From IMG/VR virus record IMGVR_UViG_3300001592_000009: a stretch of 64,000 bases of DNA; one strand, written 5' to 3'. The translations under genes and the position numbers were made by a program. The notes below the pieces were generated by a model. The model had not been told where the DNA came from, ran no database searches, and worked only from the letters and a program-made list of their open reading frames with translations. Origin of the DNA: an uncultured virus (IMG/VR IMGVR_UViG_3300001592_000009). Its lineage: Duplodnaviria; Heunggongvirae; Uroviricota; Caudoviricetes. Positions 38,454 through 47,938 of this stretch are shown here, piece after piece (within the stretch, counting starts at the first letter, position 1; the number at the start of each line of letters is the position of its first letter).

Positions 38454-39536
38454 TCAGACCGACACGCTTTCCCGATAGAGATGCATGGCAGAGAAGTACT
38501 TCGACACCAGGGTGAGGAAGTACGTCAACTCCACGACTGTGGTGACCATGGTGTTCTGAGCTCGCATCTTCTTCGCCATGTCCTGGGGTAAGTCTTCAGG
38601 TGACACAGGCTGGATGAGGGCCAAGTGGTCGTCGATATAGCTGATCAGAAGCGGAGAAGCCAGAAGACCCGCGAGAGCCATCAGGTTTATACCGGACACA
38701 TGGTGGAGACTAACCGATCCACTCTCCAGAGCACCAGTCTCCTTGGGAGGAGGAGCATCCACGCTCAGACGGAGCAGCTTACACGCCCCGATAGGAGCGC
38801 GGCTGATCAACTGAAACACGGCTTCCGACAAAGCAAGGAACTGCGCACTCAGGTGTGCCTTTCCTTCGACATTGGTACGCGTGTATTGACAGAGCTGTGC
38901 TTTGCGGAGATCGATCAATGAGTCTTGGGACTCGTTGAGATACACCAGATAGCGCCGGTCCGAGGGAGACTCGTTGACAAAACCCGATGCCTGGAGTCGG
39001 ATGGACTCGGCCGCACTACGCGCTACGGCGAAGTACTCATGGATCTTGTTCTGCACCTGAGCAGACCATTCCGGAAGACTGGCGATCAGCTGTTCGTTCT
39101 TCCCAGAGGCCTCGCGCTGCCTCTCCTCCAAGTAGTTGGCAACAAAGCCTTTCACCTGGGGGAGACCGGTCTTGGTCGGGGTGTCTGTGAAACGGTTCAG
39201 AGGAACCGCTTCGGTGAGCTTTCCGCCCAAGGACTTATCAACCGCCAGCACTTGGCTTGCGGAGATGGTCTCCTGCGCCATGATGGTCTTGGTGACGTCT
39301 TCCAGGTCATGTACCGACTCCTGCTCATCGATCACTGTCTTGATGAGTACTTCGCTGTCGTTCACTGCTTTGTAAAGCTCGCCCTCACCCATCTCGCTGG
39401 GTTGAGGAAAGTCGTTCTGTTCCGCAGTGATGTTCACCAGAGGTTTATCCTCACCTTCCTTGTTCGGGGGTGTGATGAAACTGGGATCCAGGTCATGAAC
39501 CGCGTCGTCGTTCAAAGAAGGTTCAGGCTGCGACAT
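38454..39536 (-). CDS. Putative head protein with acidic propeptide
   Basis: Start MSQPEP with SD GGAGG. AQE site. Confidence 0.6.
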   Translation of the reverse strand: MSQPEPSLNDDAVHDLDPSFITPPNKEGEDKPLVNITAEQNDFPQPSEMGEGELYKAVNDSEVLIKTVIDEQESVHDLEDVTKTIMAQETISASQVLAVDKSLGGKLTEAVPLNRFTDTPTKTGLPQVKGFVANYLEERQREASGKNEQLIASLPEWSAQVQNKIHEYFAVARSAAESIRLQASGFVNESPSDRRYLVYLNESQDSLIDLRKAQLCQYTRTNVEGKAHLSAQFLALSEAVFQLISRAPIGACKLLRLSVDAPPPKETGALESGSVSLHHVSGINLMALAGLLASPLLISYIDDHLALIQPVSPEDLPQDMAKKMRAQNTMVTTVVELTYFLTLVSKYFSAMHLYRESVSV

Positions 39537-40038
39537 GGCGGTCCTCCACACCCGGCAGCTGGTCCGCACGCTCAGGGTTGTTCTTGACAGCATCGGAAAG
39601 CAGTTCCGCAAAGCCATTCACCATGCGTGTGACATCCGAGCCCTGCTTCTCCAAGACCTCCAAGGCACCGTCCGGGAAAAGCTTGCTGATACCAAAGAAG
39701 TCTGCCACGCCATGACAGTCACGGAGGGCCAGCGGGACTGCTTCGGGGTGCGCTGCGCGATAGCGGAACGCATAGAAGGAGCGAGCATAGCTGCGAATCG
39801 CGTCTGCATTCAGACTGAGGACTTCGTTGACCACGCCGAGGCGGTTGAAGATGGCGCTCTCGTGATGCATGCGATAGTACTGGTCGATGTCTTCTACTTC
39901 ACCAGCAGGAAGAGACAGGTCGCGAGAGAGACTGTAGGCCAGCGCTAGATTAAAACTCTCCTTGCTGTTGAGACCTGCGGTGTTGATGTAGTTGATGAAG
40001 TCGATGGATTTCCGACTCAGGCGAGCAATGACGTACAT
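39523..40038 (-). CDS. Putative virion structural protein
   Basis: 171-aa ORF within the operon. Confidence 0.55.
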   Translation of the reverse strand: MYVIARLSRKSIDFINYINTAGLNSKESFNLALAYSLSRDLSLPAGEVEDIDQYYRMHHESAIFNRLGVVNEVLSLNADAIRSYARSFYAFRYRAAHPEAVPLALRDCHGVADFFGISKLFPDGALEVLEKQGSDVTRMVNGFAELLSDAVKNNPERADQLPGVEDRHVAA

Positions 40039-40068
40039 GGTTGTTCTTTCAGTTTAGAGATAAAGGGA

Positions 40069-41391
40069 TCAGGCGACACGGAGTTCAGCCGACTTCAGGA
40101 ACAGGTCGTTCGACGCCAGAGCCTCCAGAACCTGCTGTTCATCAATGCTTCCGGCTGTTTTGCGCGCACCACTGAAGACAAAGTTCGAGATGTACTTCGG
40201 AAGCGTCTTGACATCAGCCGTTTCCTTGAGGGAGAGATCCACCGCGTAGACCATCTCAATCAGTTCCGCGGTCTTCGCCTTCGAGAGTTTGGTGTTCTTC
40301 AACTGATCCACCATGTCTTGCCGAATCCGCAGATAGCGGAACTTCAGTTTGTCGTAGGTGTAGTCTTCCATGTCTTCACGGAAGACTGAGAAGAAGATCA
40401 GGTTATAGAACGAGCAGAGCACAAAAGCCAGGAGACTAGGCCCCATCAGAGTGGTCATGAGGGCAGCGATCAAAATCACCGTGGTGAGAGTCGTGGCCAA
40501 ATGGACAAAGGTTCGTGTCACAGGACTCTTCTCAGCACTGCCCTTACTCAGCTTATCAAGCGCCAGCACCAGAGGCTTACCATATCCGAAGCGAGCGGAG
40601 AAGTTGTCAGCCCGCTGTTCAAAAGACGTGTTGGAATAGTGGTCGTCATCCAGCTGCGAACGCACAACACCGATGGTGACCTTGAAGAAGGTCATGCCAG
40701 CCACCACACGACTTCCGTTGACCAGCTTATCAGCAGCCTCACGAGCTCCGCTCGGGGTGATCTTTTCCAGTTCACGGTAGACGTATTCGATATCTCCGTC
40801 TTCCTTGTTCAGGATGTGTCGAGAGATAGAAGCCAACACCTGGTTCGTGCGGTCGGTACGGTCCGCGTAGTAGCAGGCGTAGAACGCATGACCGAGTTCA
40901 TGCAACATCACACCCACAATCTCTGGCACCGTGAGACCATAGATCTTGCGCATGCTGTAGAAGTCGGCGTAAAAGGGATGTTCGTACTCGCTATAGATAC
41001 CAGAGAGCACGGCCTTCTCGAGACTGACAGTACCTTTCTTGCCTTCCAGTTTCTTCAGCAGCTTGTTCTGATCGCGAAGATCGAAATTGCCACGGAAGTA
41101 TTCATGGATGAAGACATGGTTCTTGTTCGAGTAAAACGGCAACACAGCGGCCAGATATTCGTCTGTGATGAAGCTGACTTTGATCTTGAGGCGGTCAAAG
41201 ATGCGCGATTCCAGCTGATGCAGAATAGGGCTACCAGCGACATCCTTCGGGCTCTTGACGAGTCCCTCGTCGATGTCCTGCACGATCATAGTCACCAGAC
41301 TCTCGATGGATTCTCCGAAGCGATCATTCTGGGTAGCGATTGACTCCACGGCCAGCAGGCCTTCGGGTCGCTTCAGTCGTATTTGGTTCAT
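40069..41391 (-). CDS. Virion protein with zincin HEXXH motif and hydrophobic hairpin
   Basis: MLHELGHAF, EQRADNFSARFGYG, two TM-like helices, N-terminal AVE site. Confidence 0.7.
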   Translation of the reverse strand: MNQIRLKRPEGLLAVESIATQNDRFGESIESLVTMIVQDIDEGLVKSPKDVAGSPILHQLESRIFDRLKIKVSFITDEYLAAVLPFYSNKNHVFIHEYFRGNFDLRDQNKLLKKLEGKKGTVSLEKAVLSGIYSEYEHPFYADFYSMRKIYGLTVPEIVGVMLHELGHAFYACYYADRTDRTNQVLASISRHILNKEDGDIEYVYRELEKITPSGAREAADKLVNGSRVVAGMTFFKVTIGVVRSQLDDDHYSNTSFEQRADNFSARFGYGKPLVLALDKLSKGSAEKSPVTRTFVHLATTLTTVILIAALMTTLMGPSLLAFVLCSFYNLIFFSVFREDMEDYTYDKLKFRYLRIRQDMVDQLKNTKLSKAKTAELIEMVYAVDLSLKETADVKTLPKYISNFVFSGARKTAGSIDEQQVLEALASNDLFLKSAELRVA

Positions 41392-41499
41392 GTTAGTGTC
41401 CTTGGTGTCGGATAAAACGCCCAGGCGGCACCTATCAGGTAGAGCCCCCGCAGCCACAGCATATCGTCTACGCTGCGCTTAATCAACAAGGCGAGGTCT

Positions 41500-43263
41500 A
41501 TGACTCAACAGAAGAAGATCGTAGCAAAAGAATGTCGCTTTGCTATCCATATCCCTACACGGAGTAGCGATGCTCCCGATCTCCATCTCGTAAAAGAGGT
41601 ACGGCACTACGAAGACGGCACCCATGAGCCGTTCACCAACTTCGTCAAGAACTACAAGCGACCCTTCGCTGTAACCAAAGAAGCCTACCGTAATCACGAG
41701 CAGAAGAAGGAAAGCGAGTCGCTAGACAGACTCAACACCCACCACTGTACACAGTCAGACCTTCGATTCCATGTCGCCAGAGCCCTCGGTAAAGGTTGGA
41801 GCAATGCCCAGATGCGGGAGTTGTCCAAGTCACCGTTTCTCTACGGAACAGATGTGTCTTCCACGGTTCATATCAAGTCCGAATACAGGAAACGCTGGCC
41901 GGATGTCGCAACAGACTACACAGTAGCCTACTACGATATCGAGACGGATATGACTTCGGAGGAAGGTGATCCCATCATGACCACCTTGGTCTTTGAGGAC
42001 CTTATCCACACGACCATCCTCTCTAGCTTCTTCCGAGGCTATTCCAACGTCGTTGAACGCATCTTGGAGATGTTAGAGAAGCAGCTGAAGATCGAGCTTC
42101 CTGAAAAGAAGTATCGCTTCAAGATCGAGCTGGTGGACAACATGAAAGACTTGATCAAGAAGCCCATCGATACGGCTCATGAGAGACAGCCAGACTTCAT
42201 CGCTATCTGGAACATCGACTTCGACTTACCGAAAGTTATCGGAGCTCTGGAGCGCCAGAAAGTCGACATCAAGGATGTCTTCTGTCATCCAAGACTACCT
42301 CCCCACATGCGTTTCTGCAAGTACAAGAAGGGAAAGACGAAAAAAGTAACAGCCTCCGGTCAGGTTAAGCCGATGAACCCGTCGGAGCAGTGGCACAGCC
42401 TCTTGGTTCCTGCCAGCTTTTACTTCATCTGCGCCATGTCCAGTTACCGCTTCATCCGCCAGGGTGCTCCGGAAGAACCTGACTATAAGCTCGACTCTAT
42501 CTTGGAGAAAGAGAAGATTGGCGGTAAGCTCAAGATGGGTGTCGCTGATGAGTTTGAAGGGGGTGACTGGCACTACGCTATGCAGACACGGTTCAAGTTC
42601 GAGTATGTGATTTATCACATCTTTGACTGTATTCGGATGCAGCAGCTCAACGACAAGACAGGTGATCTGACAACCGCTCTTCCTGTGCGGGCAGGCTGTT
42701 CCGACTTCGCCAAGTTCAATTCCCAAACCAAGCGTCTGTCGGACAAGTACTCCATCTACCTGGAAAGCCGCGGACATGTAATCGGTGTGGTTGAGCCTAA
42801 AGACGATAACAAAGATGTGGCTTCTGCTGACGAGGTTCTGGATGTCGAGGATGAATCGGATTACAGCTCCAACGTAGAAGCTAGCGACGCCGACGAATCA
42901 GACCCCTACGAGCACCTCAACGAAGTGTTGAGTCTTCGTAACTGGATCATCACGCTTCCGAGTCATCAGACCGTACTGGGACTTCCGCTGATCAAGGAAT
43001 ACAAGGGGATCAGGACTCAGATCCGAGGTCTTACTTACGACTCAGATGCGGTCTCAGCTTACCCGAGCTGTACAGCTGCTGGCAATGTGTCGAAGGCCAC
43101 ATGTTCCAAAGAGATCATCACCATCGACGGTGTTGAGGAGAACGATTTCAGACGCCACAACCTCAACATTCTTCAAGGTCATGTGAATGCTTTGGAATAC
43201 GGGTGTGAGATGTTCAAGCTTCCCAAGCCTCGTGAGATTCTCTCCTACTTTGAAGATATGTAA
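41500..43263 (+). CDS. Split family-B DNA polymerase subunit: 3'-5' exonuclease plus palm motif A (phiKZ gp82-like)
   Basis: ExoI YDIETD, ExoII WNIDFD, YKLD, ExoIII YHIFD, motif A DAVSAYPS. No motif B/C follows. Confidence 0.85.
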   Translation: MTQQKKIVAKECRFAIHIPTRSSDAPDLHLVKEVRHYEDGTHEPFTNFVKNYKRPFAVTKEAYRNHEQKKESESLDRLNTHHCTQSDLRFHVARALGKGWSNAQMRELSKSPFLYGTDVSSTVHIKSEYRKRWPDVATDYTVAYYDIETDMTSEEGDPIMTTLVFEDLIHTTILSSFFRGYSNVVERILEMLEKQLKIELPEKKYRFKIELVDNMKDLIKKPIDTAHERQPDFIAIWNIDFDLPKVIGALERQKVDIKDVFCHPRLPPHMRFCKYKKGKTKKVTASGQVKPMNPSEQWHSLLVPASFYFICAMSSYRFIRQGAPEEPDYKLDSILEKEKIGGKLKMGVADEFEGGDWHYAMQTRFKFEYVIYHIFDCIRMQQLNDKTGDLTTALPVRAGCSDFAKFNSQTKRLSDKYSIYLESRGHVIGVVEPKDDNKDVASADEVLDVEDESDYSSNVEASDADESDPYEHLNEVLSLRNWIITLPSHQTVLGLPLIKEYKGIRTQIRGLTYDSDAVSAYPSCTAAGNVSKATCSKEIITIDGVEENDFRRHNLNILQGHVNALEYGCEMFKLPKPREILSYFEDM

Positions 43264-43396
43264 CAGCTATAGTGTGGCTGTGGATGCTCCTCTGCTGGGG
43301 AAGTGCGGGGCGTGGGAACCTTCGTACTGTCCATGGTCTTTCGATTGCGTTCTTAGCTCGGGTCGAAAGACCCGAGCTCTTTTTCCGACATCGGTC

Positions 43397-43440
43397 AAAA
43401 AAGAGAGGAGACCCTTGCGGGTCTCCTCTCTATTATGCCG
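43397..43440. terminator. Bidirectional terminator (U-tract on minus strand, TATGCCG on plus strand)
   Basis: AAAAAA-GAGAGGAGACCC-ttgc-GGGTCTCCTCTC-tatTATGCCG. Confidence 0.75.
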
Positions 43441-43443
43441 CCC

Positions 43444-43935
43444 CTAGATATGAACCTTGGCTCGGCGCGTCACCCCTGTAGGGTATCCGAAGAGGGAGTC
43501 GATCTGCTCCTTTGTCACCACGGACTGCGGGAGGACACGGATCTCAGGCCCCTTGTCCAGGATCTCTGTCAGTCGACGAACCACCCTGCGACTCGATAGC
43601 CAGAACTTAGGGAAGCTCCGGCTAAAACTGCGTCTCAGTTCTTGCACATGCATGTCGCTCTCCAATCGACGGGAGATGTACGCTGACATGTCCATGACTA
43701 CGCGGTAGGNNCCCCCTTTGGTTTGCCCCACATACACAGCGTCGGAGAGATCAGGGATCGAATCTTTGAAGTAGGTTTTCAGATCCGATTTCAACTCTAC
43801 CCGATTCAGCTGAAGTCTGGAGGCAGTGATTCCATATACCTGCAAGGGGACAGGTTCAAGAGGCAGAGATTCGAAATCGTGATTCAGGATCACGACGAAG
43901 TCTGAAGGCTTCGGGAGTTTGGTGGGTGTCGGCAT
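43444..43935 (-). CDS. Hypothetical protein
   Basis: 163-aa ORF with SD GGAG. Confidence 0.55.
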   Translation of the reverse strand: MPTPTKLPKPSDFVVILNHDFESLPLEPVPLQVYGITASRLQLNRVELKSDLKTYFKDSIPDLSDAVYVGQTKGXXYRVVMDMSAYISRRLESDMHVQELRRSFSRSFPKFWLSSRRVVRRLTEILDKGPEIRVLPQSVVTKEQIDSLFGYPTGVTRRAKVHI

Positions 43936-43952
43936 TCTAGGTATCTCCGGGG

Positions 43953-44519
43953 TTATGCGAAAAGATCGCGTTGGGTGAGGGTGAAACTATGGTAGTTGAG
44001 ATGGTTCAGAACCAATCTCTCGTTGATTGCTTCCTTGGCGTGACCAATGTCTATGCGCCAACCTGGGAACTGGGTCTCGAACTCTTTGATCACGAGCTTC
44101 TGATTGATGGTCAGTTCGTAGCCGTCGGTATTCACCCCGGAACGGGCTACGGAGAGTTCATTCAGATGGTATCGTAGCTCTATACCTGCGTGGCTGTGGT
44201 CGGAATCCTGGAGACCTGTGACGCGTTTCGCCACATAGTCGGAGCGACCCAGGTCCGACAACTCTGCATACGGAAGCTGGATATGCCAGTCATGACCGTG
44301 TTCATCTTCCAAGACGTATCCGTGACGCGCTTGAGACTCATCGACGTTCTCGACTTTGTGGTACTTACCATAGACCTTCTTGTGCTCTTTGATCTTGAGA
44401 CGGATGATCTCAAACCTGGCTAACCGAGAACTGGCCATGGATCGATAGCTCGTACCGATACATGTCGGATGATGGCTAACGTACGATACAATAAAGACAG
44501 GGGTGTTTTTGTCAAACAT
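43953..44519 (-). CDS. Hypothetical protein
   Basis: 188-aa ORF downstream of a promoter-like motif. Confidence 0.6.
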   Translation of the reverse strand: MFDKNTPVFIVSYVSHHPTCIGTSYRSMASSRLARFEIIRLKIKEHKKVYGKYHKVENVDESQARHGYVLEDEHGHDWHIQLPYAELSDLGRSDYVAKRVTGLQDSDHSHAGIELRYHLNELSVARSGVNTDGYELTINQKLVIKEFETQFPGWRIDIGHAKEAINERLVLNHLNYHSFTLTQRDLFA

Positions 44520-44564
44520 AGGCTGAAGTGGTGGAGTGGTTAATTGAAGTGATTGCTCAAGTGA

Positions 44565-44581
44565 GATCTATGTCGTTCAAA
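44565..44581 (-). promoter_or_regulatory. Putative early-type phage promoter motif
   Basis: TTTGAACGACATAGATC. Confidence 0.5.
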
Positions 44582-44774
44582 TTGTAAACAAACAGCATAG
44601 CTCCCAGGTGGCATTAAGCCACCTGGGAACGTATGTAACGTCGCTCATGCCTTTCTCAGGACTTCGATTCCGTGGGAGTCACGTCAGGCCATCCAAGGAC
44701 CGTTGACCAGAACAACCAGATAGCGATAGGGAGCGGCATGAACGACCTTTCAGTGAATGATTCACTGTATCTTC

Positions 44775-45641
44775 TTACTGGTAGAAGCGACGCAGGTTGC
44801 GGAGACCGTCTTCAGTGATCAGACCAGGACCGAGGCGTTCCAGCACGATGTTCTTGACGTTCATCTTGCGGGTAGCAGGGTCTCGGGTCGAACGGAGGAG
44901 CTCGAAGATGTTCTTGTAAGCTGCCCAAGTCTCCTCGCCACGTTCCCAATACGGACCAAAGCGCGAAGCAGGACCATCCGAGATCGGGGAGGTATTGGAC
45001 ACNGAGGAACGGCCATGGTTTTCCTTGAAGAACACCAGCAGCACGTTCCAGCCTGCCTTGAACACATCGTACTTCCAGCCTGCCTTGAACACATCGTACT
45101 CAGAGTTGATCAGTTTGAGGGCGTGGAGCAGGAACTCGTATTGCCACTTCACACCCTCATTGCCGTTGACAGGTGCTCGGGGACGGAAACGCTCACAGTA
45201 GAGCTCGATCGCAGCCAGGATCTTCTTCTGACCTTCCGTGCCGGAGACACGGATCTTGGCCAGATACGCTGCTTCTTCAGACATGTCTTTTTCGACATTG
45301 GTCGCGTCATCGAGTGCAGGGTCAGGCTCGGTCACTGTTTCAGCAGCGACCTCCTCCACGGCAGGATCTTCTTTCACGCTTTCATCCTTGACACCATCGA
45401 CAGGCGCCGGGGCGTCGGGGACAGGAGCTGGAACAGTGCCTTCGGCGACTTCGGATTTCTGTTCCGATGCAGCGACGTCCTGCGCAGGAGCTTTAGATTC
45501 CGTCACGGCGTCAGTAGCTTGTTCCACGGCTTGCTGAGGGTCATTCTGGGTCTGTTCTTGTTTGGCGGTCTCTGCCGGCGCGACGACCGGATCGATGGTC
45601 TGAACTTCGGCAGGCTTCGGGTTCTCGGCGGATTGTGTCAT
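44775..45641 (-). CDS. Hypothetical protein with acidic Pro/Ala-rich disordered N-half
   Basis: Likely start MTQSAE. Folded C-terminal part carries a 9-aa tandem duplication. Confidence 0.65.
   Translation of the reverse strand: MTQSAENPKPAEVQTIDPVVAPAETAKQEQTQNDPQQAVEQATDAVTESKAPAQDVAASEQKSEVAEGTVPAPVPDAPAPVDGVKDESVKEDPAVEEVAAETVTEPDPALDDATNVEKDMSEEAAYLAKIRVSGTEGQKKILAAIELYCERFRPRAPVNGNEGVKWQYEFLLHALKLINSEYDVFKAGWKYDVFKAGWNVLLVFFKENHGRSXVSNTSPISDGPASRFGPYWERGEETWAAYKNIFELLRSTRDPATRKMNVKNIVLERLGPGLITEDGLRNLRRFYQ
45046..45099. repeat. Exact 27-bp tandem duplication
   Basis: TTCCAGCCTGCCTTGAACACATCGTAC x2, in frame (YDVFKAGW repeated). Confidence 0.95.
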
Positions 45642-45710
45642 GGAGGCAGTCCTTTGTTTCTGGTTAAAGCTCTTGGGTTTCACACTAAATGCTCCTTGAG
45701 GAGGTTCGTT

Positions 45711-46601
45711 CTACATCTCGTTCGTGATGAGCATGTTCAGTTTCTGCTCTGCGTCACTCCGAGCGAGGTTGATCACAGGGATCCCAATGCCAGCAGCGAT
45801 GGCGATGGGATGTCCAGCGAAACCCGTGCGGGCTGTGCGGTCTCTGGAAGAGGTCGCTCCGTCCTCCGTCCAGGTGAGGAGGAACAGGGCCGGTGAGGTC
45901 ATATTATTCCCCAGCACCAAACGAGCGTTCTTGGCCAGGAAGCACTTGACTCCCTTGGACAGACCGTCGAAGGTCGGGTGGTACTTCTTAGCGATGGCGT
46001 AAGCGCGATCGCTGTTGAAAGTGAAGCGGGACTGTTTACCTGCGAACTCACGCCAAGGAAGATGGACTTCCTTCTTGGTGACGGAATTCTCGACGATCTC
46101 TTCGACACCTTCCATACCACCGGTACGAAGGGTATAGCCGTTGTTCTCGAGCATCTTAACGATCTCGATGAACTTGTTCTTGATCTCCGGAGGAGCATCT
46201 TCGTTGGCAGTACATGCGTAGGGCTTGTAGAGCGTCATGTCGGTGTCTTCGGGACGTTTCTGGAAACCCCCACCGCCACCGCCGCCACCCTGTCCACCGT
46301 TCCAAGGTTTCTTCTGATAGCCACTCTGACCACCACCAGACCCCCAGGAGCGATTACCACCACCCTGACCACCCTGGTTGTTCTGCTGACCGCCAGCTTG
46401 GTTACGTTCCTTCCAGGAACCACCGCCCTGGCCACCTTGACTATTCTGTCCGCCTTGGTAGCCGCCCTGACCACCTTGACTATTCTGCCCACCTTGGTAG
46501 CCNCTCTGACCACCNTGATAGGAGCGCTGTTCATTGTTTCCACCAGAGTTGGAGAACTCGCTATCTCCAAACTCATGCGGCGGGAATGTCGTACCGTTCA
46601 T
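45711..46601 (-). CDS. DprA/Smf (SLOG)-like protein with Gly/Gln-rich low-complexity N-terminus
   Basis: LRTGG.EG.E, HLPW..F, AKNA..VLG, TWT.DG and AIA...GIPVINL motifs. Confidence 0.7.
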   Translation of the reverse strand: MNGTTFPPHEFGDSEFSNSGGNNEQRSYXGGQXGYQGGQNSQGGQGGYQGGQNSQGGQGGGSWKERNQAGGQQNNQGGQGGGNRSWGSGGGQSGYQKKPWNGGQGGGGGGGGFQKRPEDTDMTLYKPYACTANEDAPPEIKNKFIEIVKMLENNGYTLRTGGMEGVEEIVENSVTKKEVHLPWREFAGKQSRFTFNSDRAYAIAKKYHPTFDGLSKGVKCFLAKNARLVLGNNMTSPALFLLTWTEDGATSSRDRTARTGFAGHPIAIAAGIGIPVINLARSDAEQKLNMLITNEM

Positions 46602-46630
46602 AGATCGTCCTTCCAATAACTCTTGTGTTG

Positions 46631-47938
46631 TTAACTCAGCACGGACTTGAGATCCATGACTGTGGTGGTGAGACTAGAGTCGTGCATCATTTTCAGACTG
46701 TCTGACAAGATACCGGAACTCACTTCACCCAGAGGGATCGTCACCCCCTTCTTGAAGATAGACAACTCAGGACCTGCACACTTGCTACAGGTGCGGGTAC
46801 TTTCCATCCTGCAATAGAGGGGACTTCGTAAGATCACTGACTTGCCGTCAAATTTACTAGCGGTCTCTTGGTCAGGGATCTCTACCAGTTTTCCATCAAT
46901 AATCGCCGTCCGACCGATCAAGCGATAAGTTTCAGAACCGGTATAGACACGCGTGATGCCGAGTTTTGATCCACAATCGCCATCGACCACAACCCAGTTG
47001 TCGGCTGCGTTGTTGAGACCCTTAGCCACCACACCCCCGTTGACCGTCTCCGCACCCCGGGCAAAGGATCCGAAACGGATCATGTTTGAGGAAGCAGTGA
47101 ATCCCTTGTCATCCAGAGCAATGCCATCCTCCAGAGCCGGAATGATGGGAGTCACTTCCATGGAACCTGTGAAGTTATTAGCCTCGCCGCCTTGGCTCAT
47201 GAAGAGCTTGGAACGAGATTTGGCTGTCTTGCCCTTCATAAAGGTCCCGTAGGCTGGATCCTGCTTCAGGTAGTTGTTGTCGTACTGACCCAGCTCCTCT
47301 TCGAACTTGGACATCTCCACAGGGTCGGACAGCTTGCCTTCGTATTTCTTGAGAAGCTCCTGTTTGAACTCCCTTCGACCAGGTGCCGGAAGAACACCCA
47401 CGCGTGAGACGGAATGAGAGAAGATCGCGGAGAGGTTCTCCAGAAAACTCACCCCTTCACAGAACTTGACATACTCATCGACGTAGAAACCCTTGGGGTC
47501 TCTTTCACTTCCTTCGGGTGGAGTGCTCTTCACCAAAGGAGCGATCTTTCCTTCGACATCTGAGGGACTGAACTTATCGTTCATGTACGCCACTTTGGAT
47601 CCAAAAGCTTCCACGATGAAGAGGTTTACAAGGAGTCGCCCGATGGTGGTTTCCAGGCTAGTTTCCTGGAGAGAAGGGATCCAGTCCTTGGTAATGGTTA
47701 CTGGGTCGTTCTTCCCAAAGAGAGGCTCAGACGTCTTCTGGTTTGTCTGGATCTTAACCGGCTTATTTTCATCGTCGATGTAGAAGAAGCCAAAGGGTTC
47801 TTGTATCAGCTTCCCTGGGTAGAGTCTGGCTTTGGAAGAATCGGTTTCTCGCACCACAGTAAAGCAGTAGCGATACCAAACACTGTCAAGATGGAGTTTC
47901 TTCTGGATCGCGTAGAGCAGGTACTGGTGTGGTGTCAT
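46631..47938 (-). CDS. Virion RNA polymerase beta-prime-like middle subunit (phiKZ gp80-like)
   Basis: Bridge-helix-like RFGSFARGAETVNGG, zinc site DCGS...RSPLYC...CSKCAG, trigger-loop-like LKMMH. Confidence 0.85.
   Translation of the reverse strand: MTPHQYLLYAIQKKLHLDSVWYRYCFTVVRETDSSKARLYPGKLIQEPFGFFYIDDENKPVKIQTNQKTSEPLFGKNDPVTITKDWIPSLQETSLETTIGRLLVNLFIVEAFGSKVAYMNDKFSPSDVEGKIAPLVKSTPPEGSERDPKGFYVDEYVKFCEGVSFLENLSAIFSHSVSRVGVLPAPGRREFKQELLKKYEGKLSDPVEMSKFEEELGQYDNNYLKQDPAYGTFMKGKTAKSRSKLFMSQGGEANNFTGSMEVTPIIPALEDGIALDDKGFTASSNMIRFGSFARGAETVNGGVVAKGLNNAADNWVVVDGDCGSKLGITRVYTGSETYRLIGRTAIIDGKLVEIPDQETASKFDGKSVILRSPLYCRMESTRTCSKCAGPELSIFKKGVTIPLGEVSSGILSDSLKMMHDSSLTTTVMDLKSVLS

Noticed and set aside
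44640..44746. Hammerhead ribozyme or tRNA interpretation of the structured intergenic elements
   Set aside because: No CUGAnGA/GAAA core in the right junction and no cloverleaf with a T-loop.
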